Origin: an uncultured archaeon
GTDB lineage: Archaea > Asgardarchaeota > Thorarchaeia > Thorarchaeales > Thorarchaeaceae
Direction: 5' to 3'
Assembly (NCBI GenBank): GCA_964473825.1
Contig: CAYYQL010000008.1
Location: 1 to 64,000 of the forward strand
Length of the DNA stretch: 64,000 nucleotides
A program made the translations under genes and the position numbers. Below the pieces are notes generated by a model that saw only the letters and a list, made by a program, of their open reading frames with translations, was not told where the DNA came from and did no database searches. This document shows, piece by piece, positions 38,683-48,727 of this stretch. Numbering within the stretch: position 1 is the stretch's first letter; every line of letters starts with the position of its first letter.

Positions 38683-39426
38683 CTACTGTGAGTACCATCT
38701 TGTGATTGCAGTGTTCACCGCGGTCGGTTGTTCAAGCATTACGCTGTGACCAGCATTCGGAACCACAACGAGTTCTGAGTTCGGAATCTTGTCATGAAGA
38801 TACTCAGAGTACTTCAGCGGGGTCATCACATCATCTTCTCCAACCACTAGCAGTGTGGGCACATCAATCTTTTCAACCTCATCCATAACATCAAACTCAT
38901 TGCAGACAGAGAAATCCCTCTTTATGACGCTTGGACTGCACTTTCTTACTTCCACCTGAGAAGCCTCAATTAGCTCTTGTGACGTAGATTCAGAGAACAT
39001 GTATTCTCCCACCGCCTCGACATAGCCCTCGAAATCGTTGTCCAGGAGATCGAATATGAACGGGGCACAACGGAGTCTAGCTCCTGTCCCTATCAGAATG
39101 ACTCTCTCAATGTTCTCCGGATGTTTCAGCAGATATAGCTGCGTGAGGGCCCCACCCATTGAATGGCCACCCACGATAGGTTCATCGAACTTACTGACGA
39201 CCTCATCGATATCCCGGAGATATGCAGAGAGTGTGTCATCTTCATGACAGTCGGGCGTCTTTCCGTGGCCGTTGAGGTCAGGTGCGATGACGTGAAATTT
39301 TCTTGCTAAGCCCTTGAGTTGCATGAACCATGTTGCCGATGATCCCCCTGCGCCGTGGATAAGAATCAAGGGTGGCGAATCTGGGTCTCCGGTCTCTTCA
39401 TAGTGTACTTGCATTTTCTTCGACAT
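38683..39426 (-). CDS. Alpha/beta hydrolase
   Basis: LIHGAGG, DLNGHG, GHSMGG nucleophile elbow, GEDD, AGH. Confidence 0.93.
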   Translation of the reverse strand: MSKKMQVHYEETGDPDSPPLILIHGAGGSSATWFMQLKGLARKFHVIAPDLNGHGKTPDCHEDDTLSAYLRDIDEVVSKFDEPIVGGHSMGGALTQLYLLKHPENIERVILIGTGARLRCAPFIFDLLDNDFEGYVEAVGEYMFSESTSQELIEASQVEVRKCSPSVIKRDFSVCNEFDVMDEVEKIDVPTLLVVGEDDVMTPLKYSEYLHDKIPNSELVVVPNAGHSVMLEQPTAVNTAITRWYSQ

Positions 39427-39473
39427 TGAAAACTACCCTCGATACTTAATCTATTCGGCGAACTCCGACCAAA

Positions 39474-39974
39474 TTGGCCGCTTTGACCGCAGTTACCCTT
39501 AAATTGATAGCCTCTGGCCTCTTCGATGCATTGAAGGAATTCCATAACAAAACGCCATTCTTCCTATGTTTGACGGGAGGATTGCTGTTGGTGCTATCTG
39601 GAACAAGTGGTTCGCTGGCTCTAGCGCGGGAGCTCTCAGAGGATTTTGGTTTCCTCTTCGGCCCTGAGGTTGTCATGTCGTTCGAGATTATCATGGGAAT
39701 CCTTGGAGTTCTGACCTCCATGACGGGAGCGGCAGTGATTATCGGGGGGCTGATTCTCACTACTCACAGGGTAGAATTGGGGAGGAATGTGATCCTTGTT
39801 GCTGTGGGTACTGGAGTACTAAGCCTGGTCATGACACTTGTGGAGTCTGCGATAGCTGGCAGAATCATGATGGACTTGGGGTTACAAGTCACCCAGTCTA
39901 TTGCTTGGATTGGCGCAATCCTCGCACTCCAGGCCCGAATAATCGCCTCACAGAAACCTATGAGGATGCAGTAA
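39474..39974 (+). CDS. 4-TM hypothetical membrane protein
   Basis: Hydrophobic segments; true start probably near 39531. Confidence 0.65.
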   Translation: MAALTAVTLKLIASGLFDALKEFHNKTPFFLCLTGGLLLVLSGTSGSLALARELSEDFGFLFGPEVVMSFEIIMGILGVLTSMTGAAVIIGGLILTTHRVELGRNVILVAVGTGVLSLVMTLVESAIAGRIMMDLGLQVTQSIAWIGAILALQARIIASQKPMRMQ

Positions 39975-39992
39975 GATCAGTGAAGTGGTATA

Positions 39993-40232
39993 ATGGACGC
40001 TGGACGTATCAATCAGATTCTTGGACCGTTGATGCTCTTGATATGGGCTCTTCTTTGGTTCATCTACTGGCTATCTGGAAGGTCTCTAGAGCTGGGCATC
40101 ATGCTGATAGCCATAGGGATAGTTGTGAGCATAGTAGTAATAATGGTTAGAGACTATCTCTGGAGAAAATATCCCGCTGAGCTTCTTGGTTTGAAGAAGA
40201 GTGAAGAGCGTAAACCTGAGAATTCGCCTTAG
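39993..40232 (+). CDS. Small 2-TM membrane protein
   Basis: Two hydrophobic helices and a charged tail. Confidence 0.6.
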   Translation: MDAGRINQILGPLMLLIWALLWFIYWLSGRSLELGIMLIAIGIVVSIVVIMVRDYLWRKYPAELLGLKKSEERKPENSP

Positions 40233-40618
40233 ACATCAAGAATCGAAACTGAGGTTTCTAGGTTCTTCGCAGCCTGAACGCACTCTTTGAGGACTCCTTC
40301 TTTGTTCTCATCCATTGGGACAAAGACGGCAACGAACCAGACACCTTTGCCGGTACCGCATATCAGGCTGACTGCACCATCGGGATTCAGACCGACCAGA
40401 CCGTTCTTCGTGGCCACTGCTGTGAGAAACGGGATCTGTTTGACTGAGAACTCGGCCAGATTGTTTCTCCAAGCGTGTACGATAGTGCTTGTATCTATCT
40501 CGCTAATCGCCATGTTCTCGCTGGTGTAGACGACTCGTCCCTCGTAAGTAAAGACCGCTGCGCCAAGAATGCACTCGTAGTTACTCATAGCGATATCCAC
40601 GGTTCTTCTTATTCTCAT
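40229..40618 (-). CDS. Divergent profilin-like protein
   Basis: 129 aa from ATG 40618; ILGAAVF..EG.VVYTSEN..I......IVHAW....F.V.QI.F......LVG.N....LI....WFVAVFV......EC..AA..L follows the Asgard profilin layout. Confidence 0.6.
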   Translation of the reverse strand: MRIRRTVDIAMSNYECILGAAVFTYEGRVVYTSENMAISEIDTSTIVHAWRNNLAEFSVKQIPFLTAVATKNGLVGLNPDGAVSLICGTGKGVWFVAVFVPMDENKEGVLKECVQAAKNLETSVSILDV

Positions 40619-40694
40619 CAAGGCACATGACCATGTCAGTAGCCGAATTTGGAATTGAAATAGGTATGTAGGGTTTCGTGCAAGGAGTATATCC

Positions 40695-41303
40695 TTAGCC
40701 CGAATTCGTTGCCAGCCGCATGGCACGAGCCATCAATAGAAGGCGACTATGAAGCTCATCATTACTCATAGACGTTGTGATTCTGTCATTCTTCACATGC
40801 ATACCATGTCGGAGAGCCAGGTTCTCCAGTCGAGGATTCCGAATTCGTGATGATTGCACTTGATAGAGAAACCATTGATCCGTCCCCCTCTCCTTGATTC
40901 TGCAAGCGATGTCAATGTATGAATCATCACCAGCTTTGACGCGAAATCTCTTACCAATCAATCTCTCGACCACTGACTTCGATCCAAAAATCCCCTCTAG
41001 GATTGAAGTCGTGAAGGATGCTGCCGGAGCAGGGAGAAACGCCCATTGCCAGAAAGCGTACGCAAAAACCATGAGTGATACGGCCAAAACAAAGCCTGCT
41101 GTGTTGAACGAGTAGACCACTTCGAACCCTTGGACCCAACCCTGGGGGATCCCTTCAGGTGGTTCAATTCCGATGGTGTAAATCCCTGGGCTATAGAAGA
41201 TGTAGGACGTAACGGCAAAGACGATGATGAGTGCAGCTAACGCTATCTTCATCCTCTCTTCATAGAGGCTGCGTGCATTTCTCAACCGAATGTCCATCAT
41301 CAT
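40695..41303 (-). CDS. Hypothetical 2-TM membrane protein with soluble C-domain
   Basis: Two hydrophobic segments; overlaps the stop of the upstream wHTH gene. Confidence 0.65.
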   Translation of the reverse strand: MMMDIRLRNARSLYEERMKIALAALIIVFAVTSYIFYSPGIYTIGIEPPEGIPQGWVQGFEVVYSFNTAGFVLAVSLMVFAYAFWQWAFLPAPAASFTTSILEGIFGSKSVVERLIGKRFRVKAGDDSYIDIACRIKERGTDQWFLYQVQSSRIRNPRLENLALRHGMHVKNDRITTSMSNDELHSRLLLMARAMRLATNSG

Positions 41304-41659
41304 TCCTCCAATGCCTGCTCGTAGAGCTCTCGGGCGTCATCTCCGTGCTCTTTGCAGATTTCGACAAGAAACTCCAGCAGCGGGTGTTCGTGGTTGATTC
41401 TGATTGCATAGAGCTTCGGAGTTAGCTCGTCAATCAGGATCAGCCGGTCCTCGCTTAGATGGGACAGTACACCTCTGTAGAGGCTCCTTGACTTTCCGCT
41501 ATACCCGATCAGGCGGCTCAGTTGGACACCACTGACACTTCTTGGGTAGATATGAGCCAGCGCAATGACAATCGCTCGTCTTGTATCGTTGAGCGACGAC
41601 ATCAGCTGAATCACTTCATACGTTTTGTGTCGTGTGTCCTGATTCATATTCCATCTCAT
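41300..41659 (-). CDS. Winged-helix protein (putative regulator)
   Basis: RRAIVIALA...SGVQLSRLIG....LY...LSHLSEDRLI...Y.I pattern. Confidence 0.65.
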   Translation of the reverse strand: MRWNMNQDTRHKTYEVIQLMSSLNDTRRAIVIALAHIYPRSVSGVQLSRLIGYSGKSRSLYRGVLSHLSEDRLILIDELTPKLYAIRINHEHPLLEFLVEICKEHGDDARELYEQALEE

Positions 41660-41887
41660 TCCGCTATCTAGCTTCTTGTGTCAGTAGGTGCACAATGGGA
41701 TCTCACGGATTAACCATTGGCTTAGCTCTTAGATCGCTTATTGTGAGGCGGTGTATTTCTGTTTATCGAATCCATTTTGAAGGATTGGTTAATCCTGTCT
41801 TACTGTCTACCATCTGAGCACCATAATGTTAATAGTTCAAGATGCGGCTTCTTGCTTGACAAGATTACTCTATAGGAGGTCCTCAAT

Positions 41888-42454
41888 ATCAGTTTTGGAA
41901 GCAAATACTTTGGTTGGTTGGCCGCATTGGTTATAGTCTTGGCCGGTGCCTGGTTCCTCCTTCCATATGGTTACAACACGCTCATACTATGGCTAGCGCC
42001 GCAGCTGGGAAATTATATCCGGCCAACCCTAGTCATGGTTAACGCGCTCTTAGTGAATCCCCTGAATAATGTCATAATGGTCGCCATATGGGCCATCGCT
42101 GGTCTTGTTGGAGGCATCATAGCTGGCACCAAGAAGGGTGCATTCGTAGTAGGTCTCTTAACCTGGTTGAGTTGCATCGGCATACTCGTGTTCTGTGCGT
42201 TCCAGCTCTTTCAATCAGGAGTTGAGCTGGGTACTCTTCCTCCAATGCCACAGGGTGGTTCAATTGTTGATGTACTGTCGATACCGCTCGTTCAATCCCT
42301 TATCGGTGATTTGCTAGGTATCATCGGATTGGGTTCTGGTGGCGAACCAGATATAATGGCGATTTTAACTCCACTGGTCATCTACTTGATTGTACCCGTG
42401 GTTGTTGTCATCATCGCTGGAATGATTGGGGCCACCATTCGTCCAAAGGAGTGA
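41888..42454 (+). CDS. Multi-pass membrane protein
   Basis: Hydrophobic ORF; GGAGGT RBS points to in-frame ATC 41888 (track start TTG 41918). Confidence 0.7.
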   Translation: MSFGSKYFGWLAALVIVLAGAWFLLPYGYNTLILWLAPQLGNYIRPTLVMVNALLVNPLNNVIMVAIWAIAGLVGGIIAGTKKGAFVVGLLTWLSCIGILVFCAFQLFQSGVELGTLPPMPQGGSIVDVLSIPLVQSLIGDLLGIIGLGSGGEPDIMAILTPLVIYLIVPVVVVIIAGMIGATIRPKE

Positions 42455-42455
42455 G

Positions 42456-44138
42456 ATGAAAATGAAGTTTCAATATAAGCACGCGTTTGCAATAGCACTG
42501 TTGGCTTTCTTGGCTGTCGCACCATCAGTAGCAGCAATTAGCAATTCGGGTTTCACCCCTGCACAGGAAGGAGAGGATATTCTCGAACTCATCCTAAACG
42601 AAGGTGCAGAGATAGTATTCACTCACATTGATGACCAGGGCGTTCCCGGAGTAATCTACGGACAAGTCGGAATACCTTCAGATGCTTTAGCTCTCGACGA
42701 TCCAATGTATGATGGATGTCTGGCGATGGCTATGGTGTCAACTCATGGCGAGTTCATTGAAAAGGTCTTTGAGCTTGTCGGAGGAGATCTCTTCGGTGGA
42801 GATGGAGGCATAATGGGAGCTAGAGGCCTTTCTCCGCTTCAGGATGGCATGGACTTCAATCCTGAGGATATCTTCGAGTTGATTGGAACGGAGTTCAACC
42901 TGCTCTTCAATGTCTTCGTCAACGTTGACGAGGCAACATCACAGCAGAGGATGGCTTCAATTCTAAATCATCTTGGATCAGAGTTCCAGTTCAGTTTCTC
43001 CGAACTTTTTAAACTACGTATTGACGAGAATATGTTTCCTCCAGATGAGGAGTTCGATCTGCCATTTGAATCTCTTGACATCTACATCTACCAAGTAGCT
43101 GTTTCGTTCTCTAGTGCTGTAGCATCAGTGTTCTCCGTGATGGATGACTCTGGCTTTCTTGGAGCGATTGACCAGAGCGTATTCACCGAAGCCCCTGCTT
43201 CAGCGGCAGGCCTGTTGGTCATTCCCAGCATGGAAGACCTTGTTTCAGTGTTTGAAGGAGATGATGGAGATGACGGTGGCGAAGGCGACACATTCGCACT
43301 ATCACAAGACGCCTCGCTCAGTAGGTTCTTGACTTCTCAGGCACCGAATATCACAGGTCCTCTTGCTGTGGCTGCGGCAGGCTACCTTGGAGACCAAGTG
43401 GTGACATCTGAAACCGTCAGCATTGGTATCAAGGAGCTGCTGTATGCAGACACGGCTTTCTCGCCACTTGAGAGTGGCCTCTCAATGGTCATCATGCAGG
43501 TTCCTGTGGGCGTCAACATAACAAGCTACCAACCTGCGGCGGAAGAGGCTTCGTTCTACAATGAAGCAGATGCAATGGTGATGTGGAATGCAACCCACTT
43601 TGGCGATGAGCTTGACTACAAGATTTTCTTCAGTAGCAATGAGTTCCCACCTCCAATAGCCATCACCCGCACTTTCAATCCTGCGAGTGTCAGTGTGGGC
43701 GGCACAACTGAAGTCACGGTTACCGTGACCAACGAAGGCGATCTTGCAATACAGAATCTCACGCTGTCAGACCTCGGCATAAGCCAGACCTACAGTAAGG
43801 TTTCGGTTAGCGGAGACCAGGTCTTGCAGTATCTCGAGCTTGAAGGCGGCGAGTTTGTGTCAATAACTTACTCGGTGACATTCCCCAATGAGGGCAGTTA
43901 CACATTCCCGAAAGCGAGTCTGCTCTACGAATATGACGGTGTTGTTTACGAGAAGAGGAGTTCAACCGGTTCTGTGGTTGTTGAGGCAGATCCAGTATCG
44001 GTGCTCTCACAAGCCGTTTCTGATGGCTGGCCTTATACAGGAGGCATCATCGGCCTAGTGGCTATCGTGGGTATCTGGCAGATATTCGGGCTTGTTAGAG
44101 GCTCGAAGTCTGGTGGCGGACAATACTACGAAGTATAG
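42456..44138 (+). CDS. Secreted single-pass protein with C-terminal Ig-like BatD/DUF11/TRAP-beta-like domain
   Basis: Signal peptide; VTVTVTNEGD.AI.NLTLSD...GSYTFPKASLLY; TM followed by GGGQYYEV tail. Confidence 0.7.
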   Translation: MKMKFQYKHAFAIALLAFLAVAPSVAAISNSGFTPAQEGEDILELILNEGAEIVFTHIDDQGVPGVIYGQVGIPSDALALDDPMYDGCLAMAMVSTHGEFIEKVFELVGGDLFGGDGGIMGARGLSPLQDGMDFNPEDIFELIGTEFNLLFNVFVNVDEATSQQRMASILNHLGSEFQFSFSELFKLRIDENMFPPDEEFDLPFESLDIYIYQVAVSFSSAVASVFSVMDDSGFLGAIDQSVFTEAPASAAGLLVIPSMEDLVSVFEGDDGDDGGEGDTFALSQDASLSRFLTSQAPNITGPLAVAAAGYLGDQVVTSETVSIGIKELLYADTAFSPLESGLSMVIMQVPVGVNITSYQPAAEEASFYNEADAMVMWNATHFGDELDYKIFFSSNEFPPPIAITRTFNPASVSVGGTTEVTVTVTNEGDLAIQNLTLSDLGISQTYSKVSVSGDQVLQYLELEGGEFVSITYSVTFPNEGSYTFPKASLLYEYDGVVYEKRSSTGSVVVEADPVSVLSQAVSDGWPYTGGIIGLVAIVGIWQIFGLVRGSKSGGGQYYEV

Positions 44139-44264
44139 ATTATAGATGTGACATGGGGGTTCAAGCCGACCTTCAAGTCACATACTCTCTTTCTTTCATG
44201 GCAATACCAACGGTCATTCAGTATTCTTTATAGTTGAAACAGACCAAGAGATGGATGATTTAAT

Positions 44265-45209
44265 ATGCCTCTTCGCGACGTCCTGAACGGATTCTTGAAA
44301 ACCCCTGATGCTTTCTTTGGCATACCAGGCCCGAATGAGGGTGATTCAGATGTCGGTATCCTCGGGGTTCCATATGACCTCACATCGTCCTATGGTCCGG
44401 GCTGCAGGTTTGGACCAAGAGAGTTGCGGCTCGCAACCACATTGCAGAGGTCTCACAGCAGACCGACGAGTATTGGATTCGACTCCTACGAGGAGCGGCC
44501 CCTTCTATCAGAGGTTATCACTGTGGAGGATATTGGGGACCTCGACGTCGATTTACGATTGCCGGAGGCCGCGATGTACGACATGTCCGATGCAGCAGAG
44601 CGGCTAGCCAAGCGAGATAGCTACTTGCTCTTCCTGGGTGGCGACCATTACATCACTTATCCTCTATTGAGAGGGCTGAACCGTGGTAGAAAAGGCAAGT
44701 ATGGAATTGTTTGGCTCGATTCTCATGCCGACTTCTATGAGGACTACGGCGGTTACAAGCTCTCCCATGCTACTACTCTTCGGAACTGTGTGAGCGAAGG
44801 TTTGGTTTCTATCGAGAATGTTGTTGGTCACGACCTAAGATGTGCACATCCCTCTCAGAGAAGAGAACTTGCAGGGGGAAAAGACATCCCTGTGTATGAC
44901 CTCAAGAGCTTCTCAAGAAAGGTTCAAGACATCGCCGAACGTGTTGATCATCTCTACATCTCGGTTGATTTGGACATTCTCCGCCCCGAGGTGGCCCCTG
45001 GAGTGAGTCACCCAGAATCAGGTGGATTATATGTCGAAGACGTCTGCCGTTATCTCAGAACTGCATTTGCCACGCAGAAGGTTCTCTATGCTGATCTTGT
45101 GGAGTTGAACCCCATGCTCGATTCAGGCGGTATAACTGCAGTCGCAGCAAGAGACATTCTCAAAGAGCTTCTTGCTGGCTTCGCATTGCAGAAGAGTCTT
45201 AAAGAGTAG
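44265..45209 (+). CDS. speB: Agmatinase/arginase family ureohydrolase
   Basis: GVPYD, G.RFGP, GGDH, DSHAD, VDLD...P..APG, VELNP. Confidence 0.85.
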   Translation: MPLRDVLNGFLKTPDAFFGIPGPNEGDSDVGILGVPYDLTSSYGPGCRFGPRELRLATTLQRSHSRPTSIGFDSYEERPLLSEVITVEDIGDLDVDLRLPEAAMYDMSDAAERLAKRDSYLLFLGGDHYITYPLLRGLNRGRKGKYGIVWLDSHADFYEDYGGYKLSHATTLRNCVSEGLVSIENVVGHDLRCAHPSQRRELAGGKDIPVYDLKSFSRKVQDIAERVDHLYISVDLDILRPEVAPGVSHPESGGLYVEDVCRYLRTAFATQKVLYADLVELNPMLDSGGITAVAARDILKELLAGFALQKSLKE

Positions 45210-45277
45210 ATGGGACACCCAGGGTTAGGTTCGCGGGCCATATATGAACCCAGAGATAAGGAAGTGAGGTTCAAGCC

Positions 45278-46648
45278 ATGGTTGACTATGACGTAGTGAT
45301 CGCCGGAGCCGGAACAGGTGGTTCAACCACTGCATATACTCTCGCTAAGAGAGGCCATTCGGTTCTCGTGCTGGATCGGAAAGACCGAGATAAGATTGGT
45401 GACAAGACATGTGGGGACGCCATCGGACAGCACCACATTAATGAACTAAAAGAACTAGTTGACCTGCCAGACTTGCCCCCGGGCATCATCGAGCACGAAG
45501 TCAATGGTATTGACCTTATCGCGCCCGATAGAGAGAATCGCCTTCGACTGAGTGGTCCCACAACAAAGGGTTACTCGTTCAACCGTTTGAAGATGGGACA
45601 ATGGTTTGTTGAGTTGGCGGAACAGGCTGGTGCAGAGATCATGGCTTCGACTAGAGCGAAGCGGCTTGAGTTTGAGGGTGGCAGGATTTCTGGACTCAAG
45701 ATTGCAGCTAGTGATGGTTCCGAGAAGACCCTCACCACTCGGATTGTTGTCGACGCTACTGGTGCAACAGGGATGCTGAGACGACAACTCCCTGAAGAAT
45801 CGCCTATTGAGAAGACGATCGACAAGGCCGATATGATGGTCGCGTGGAGGGACATCTACCGGACTCCAGAATACACCTTTGAGCATCCTGACATCCTTGA
45901 GATCTACTGGAACCAAGACGAGACCCCCGGTGGTTATACGTGGGTATTCCCTCAGGGGAAACACCGTGTGAATGTAGGTCTCGGTTTGATGACCCTGCCA
46001 GGACATAGAAAACCTCAGGAGATATTCGATAGTTTTGTGAAGGAAGACTGGGATTTCATGAAGACGCCTCTCGAAACGATAGACAGCAGCGGAGGGATAG
46101 CACCCGTAAGGCGTCCTATCGATACGCTCGTCGATGACAATTTCATGCTCGTTGGCGATGCAGCTTGCCAGGTGAATCCGGTCCATGGAGGAGGCATAGG
46201 CTCGTCCATTCTTGGAGGTGCGTTAGCAGGCATAACCGCAGCTGACGCTCTTGACAGAAACGATACCAGTATCAAGTCCTTGTGGCCATACAATCCTAGA
46301 TACATGGAGGTCTATGGTGCAAAACAAGCATCACTTGATATCTTTCGATGGTTCCTGCTGAATATAACAAACGATGACATCACCTTCGCATTCGAGAAGG
46401 GTATTATCAAGGCATCCGATCTGCTTGATACAAGCACGACTGGGAAGATGAAGATCGGGACTGGCGAGAAATTCCGAAGGCTTGTTTCGGGTTTTGGAAA
46501 GCTTCCACTTCTGCTGAGAGTATCTAAGATTGCAAAGATGATGGACGAAATAAGAGACCTGTATCTGGAATACCCTGTTGACCCCAAGGACTTGCAGAAG
46601 TGGAAGGCTAGGATTATGCCCATCTATGAAGAGGCAAAAGTTGTATAG
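45278..46648 (+). CDS. Digeranylgeranylglycerophospholipid reductase (GGR family)
   Basis: GAGTGG, KTCGDA, PGGYTWVFP (YxWxFP), LVGDAA.QVNP.HGGG. Confidence 0.92.
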   Translation: MVDYDVVIAGAGTGGSTTAYTLAKRGHSVLVLDRKDRDKIGDKTCGDAIGQHHINELKELVDLPDLPPGIIEHEVNGIDLIAPDRENRLRLSGPTTKGYSFNRLKMGQWFVELAEQAGAEIMASTRAKRLEFEGGRISGLKIAASDGSEKTLTTRIVVDATGATGMLRRQLPEESPIEKTIDKADMMVAWRDIYRTPEYTFEHPDILEIYWNQDETPGGYTWVFPQGKHRVNVGLGLMTLPGHRKPQEIFDSFVKEDWDFMKTPLETIDSSGGIAPVRRPIDTLVDDNFMLVGDAACQVNPVHGGGIGSSILGGALAGITAADALDRNDTSIKSLWPYNPRYMEVYGAKQASLDIFRWFLLNITNDDITFAFEKGIIKASDLLDTSTTGKMKIGTGEKFRRLVSGFGKLPLLLRVSKIAKMMDEIRDLYLEYPVDPKDLQKWKARIMPIYEEAKVV

Positions 46649-46715
46649 TTTCTGAGAGGACTGCGCTCTTGGACAATCCATTTTGGGACTGAATCTTAAC
46701 CAATGAGGCGATCAC

Positions 46716-47669
46716 ATGTTTTGCGTTGGTTCATCTGCAGGCATTGAGATCTTGGCGCCAAGAGACTCTTATCTCTCGTACTTGAACAGCCCGTATGTCG
46801 GACATTCGTTGGGCGCGGCGGTGGATGTCTATCCTGGTCATCAGAAATGGTCAGGTACTGTATTCAGCCCTGTCACTGGTATGGTTAAGAGGATCCAGAG
46901 GATTCGAATGGGCAGACCGAGACCGTTTCCAACTGACGAACTAGATTATGCTGTTGGCATCGAACCAGAGGGAAGGAATGACTACCTTGTAAGAGTGCTG
47001 CATTGCAGACCAAAAGTCTCGGTTGGAGAAACTATTGCAGCTGGTGAATCAATTGGTTCATGCATCCGTTCTCGATACTTCAACTATTGGACTGGGCCCC
47101 ATTATCACGTGGAGATTCTCTCTGAGGAGGTGTTCTCAAGGTCAACTAAGTCGCTACTGCTTGAGTTGCCAGTTGAGCAGGTCAGGGTTGTGAGGCCTTC
47201 AGAAGAGCGAGAACACATCTGCACTGTCATTCTCAGTGAACCGGGGCGGCTTGTGTGTGTCAGTGACACATTGCCTGTTTCCCGTTCTGGACCATTTCTG
47301 GGGCACATGGTCAGGACCAGCTCGGGACGGGCGGGTCTTGTCGACGGTGGCATTCCCCACTATACGCGTGGTGGAGTTGTGATAGATGAATGCTTGGAGG
47401 ATGAGGTGGTGACGTTGTGGCACTCACAGATAGGTGCGATTATCGACGAGTGCTCTTCTCCATCTGTCTTTGCAACTAATCGAGAGCTGAAGGTATTCGT
47501 CAATGATGAGCGTGCACTCGGTTTGTCGCTCTTCCTGTATCCAGCAAGCTCGTTTAGTCCCTCGGGATTGCCCATTGTGATAATTCCTCGAGAGTTCGGT
47601 GCTTACTCTGAGCGCATTAACGCGGACGATACCATCTCCCTCAGGATTGAGGACAGGAGTCTGGACTGA
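46716..47669 (+). CDS. Conserved archaeal protein with peptidase M23-like (hybrid-fold) motifs
   Basis: SPY.GH....AVD.YP, FSPVTG.V, VLHC.P.V.VGE, TGPHYHVE. Confidence 0.6.
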   Translation: MFCVGSSAGIEILAPRDSYLSYLNSPYVGHSLGAAVDVYPGHQKWSGTVFSPVTGMVKRIQRIRMGRPRPFPTDELDYAVGIEPEGRNDYLVRVLHCRPKVSVGETIAAGESIGSCIRSRYFNYWTGPHYHVEILSEEVFSRSTKSLLLELPVEQVRVVRPSEEREHICTVILSEPGRLVCVSDTLPVSRSGPFLGHMVRTSSGRAGLVDGGIPHYTRGGVVIDECLEDEVVTLWHSQIGAIIDECSSPSVFATNRELKVFVNDERALGLSLFLYPASSFSPSGLPIVIIPREFGAYSERINADDTISLRIEDRSLD

Positions 47670-47722
47670 CTCTCACTTCCGCCCAGGATTCGTTTCTTTC
47701 CCTTTCGGTATGATTATAGCAA

Positions 47723-48727
47723 GTGAGCGGTAGGAACCTCATGATGACTTCAGTGGAAGAATTGCGTCTGTCCCTAGGCACTGCAATAAGAATGGGTCTT
47801 TCAGAGGGTAGACTCGACGTTGCTCCCACCACTGCGTTCTTCATGACCTATCACGAGGGCAAGTGCAGTGCAAACTGCGCTTTCTGTCCACAGGCTCAAT
47901 CGAGTACTTCGAAAATTGACAGATTATCGCGAATAGCATGGCCAGAGTTCATGCTATCAGAAGTCATAGACCATCCGGATTCTCTCGGCCTCTTTCAACG
48001 AGTATGCCTTCAGTGTTTGAATTACCCCGACGTTGACAAGGATGCAACAGAGATCATTCGACAAGTACGTCAGGTGTACGATGAGCCCATTTCAGTTTGC
48101 ATCCATCCCATTCCCAAGTCAGCAATGACGAGGCTAAGAACAGCGGGCGCAACTGATATTGGCATTGCATTGGATGCCTGTACAGCAGGGTTATTCGATG
48201 AGATCAAGGGCCACGAACGCAAGAGCGGCTACTCCTGGACGACTCACTTGCACTCATTGAGAACGGCTCTGGACATCTTCGGTCAGGGTCATGTAACTAC
48301 GCATCTCATCATTGGTCTTGGTGAATCCGAGGAAGACGCCGCAAGGATGATTCTAGAGCTCTACTCGATGAATATTCGCGTTGGGCTCTTTGCCTTCACA
48401 AGCATCGAGGGGACTTCTCTTGAGCATGAGCGTCCGCCTTCACTTTCCTCCTACAGGAGGCTTCAGGTAGTAAGGCATCTTGCCTCCACTGGGAATATCA
48501 CTCAAGAGGACTTGGTTGTGAGTTCGAACGGAAGACTGACTCTTGACATTCCCAAGCCTCAACTCAAGGAAGCCTTATCACTCGGAGTACCGTTCATGAC
48601 CTCGGGTTGTCCCGGCTGTAACCGACCGTATTATAACGAGAGCCCTAGAGGAGCAATGTACAATTACCCCCGTCCTCTTAACGATGAAGAGATTCAAGAA
48701 GCAATCCAGGAGACCGAGCTGTTTTGA
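47723..48727 (+). CDS. lipS2: Radical SAM protein, archaeal lipoyl synthase component LipS2-like
   Basis: CSANCAFC (CxxxCxxC) plus TSGCPGCNRP (LipS2 TxGCPxC(N/D)RP motif); adjacent to lipoate ligase genes. Confidence 0.8.
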   Translation: MSGRNLMMTSVEELRLSLGTAIRMGLSEGRLDVAPTTAFFMTYHEGKCSANCAFCPQAQSSTSKIDRLSRIAWPEFMLSEVIDHPDSLGLFQRVCLQCLNYPDVDKDATEIIRQVRQVYDEPISVCIHPIPKSAMTRLRTAGATDIGIALDACTAGLFDEIKGHERKSGYSWTTHLHSLRTALDIFGQGHVTTHLIIGLGESEEDAARMILELYSMNIRVGLFAFTSIEGTSLEHERPPSLSSYRRLQVVRHLASTGNITQEDLVVSSNGRLTLDIPKPQLKEALSLGVPFMTSGCPGCNRPYYNESPRGAMYNYPRPLNDEEIQEAIQETELF

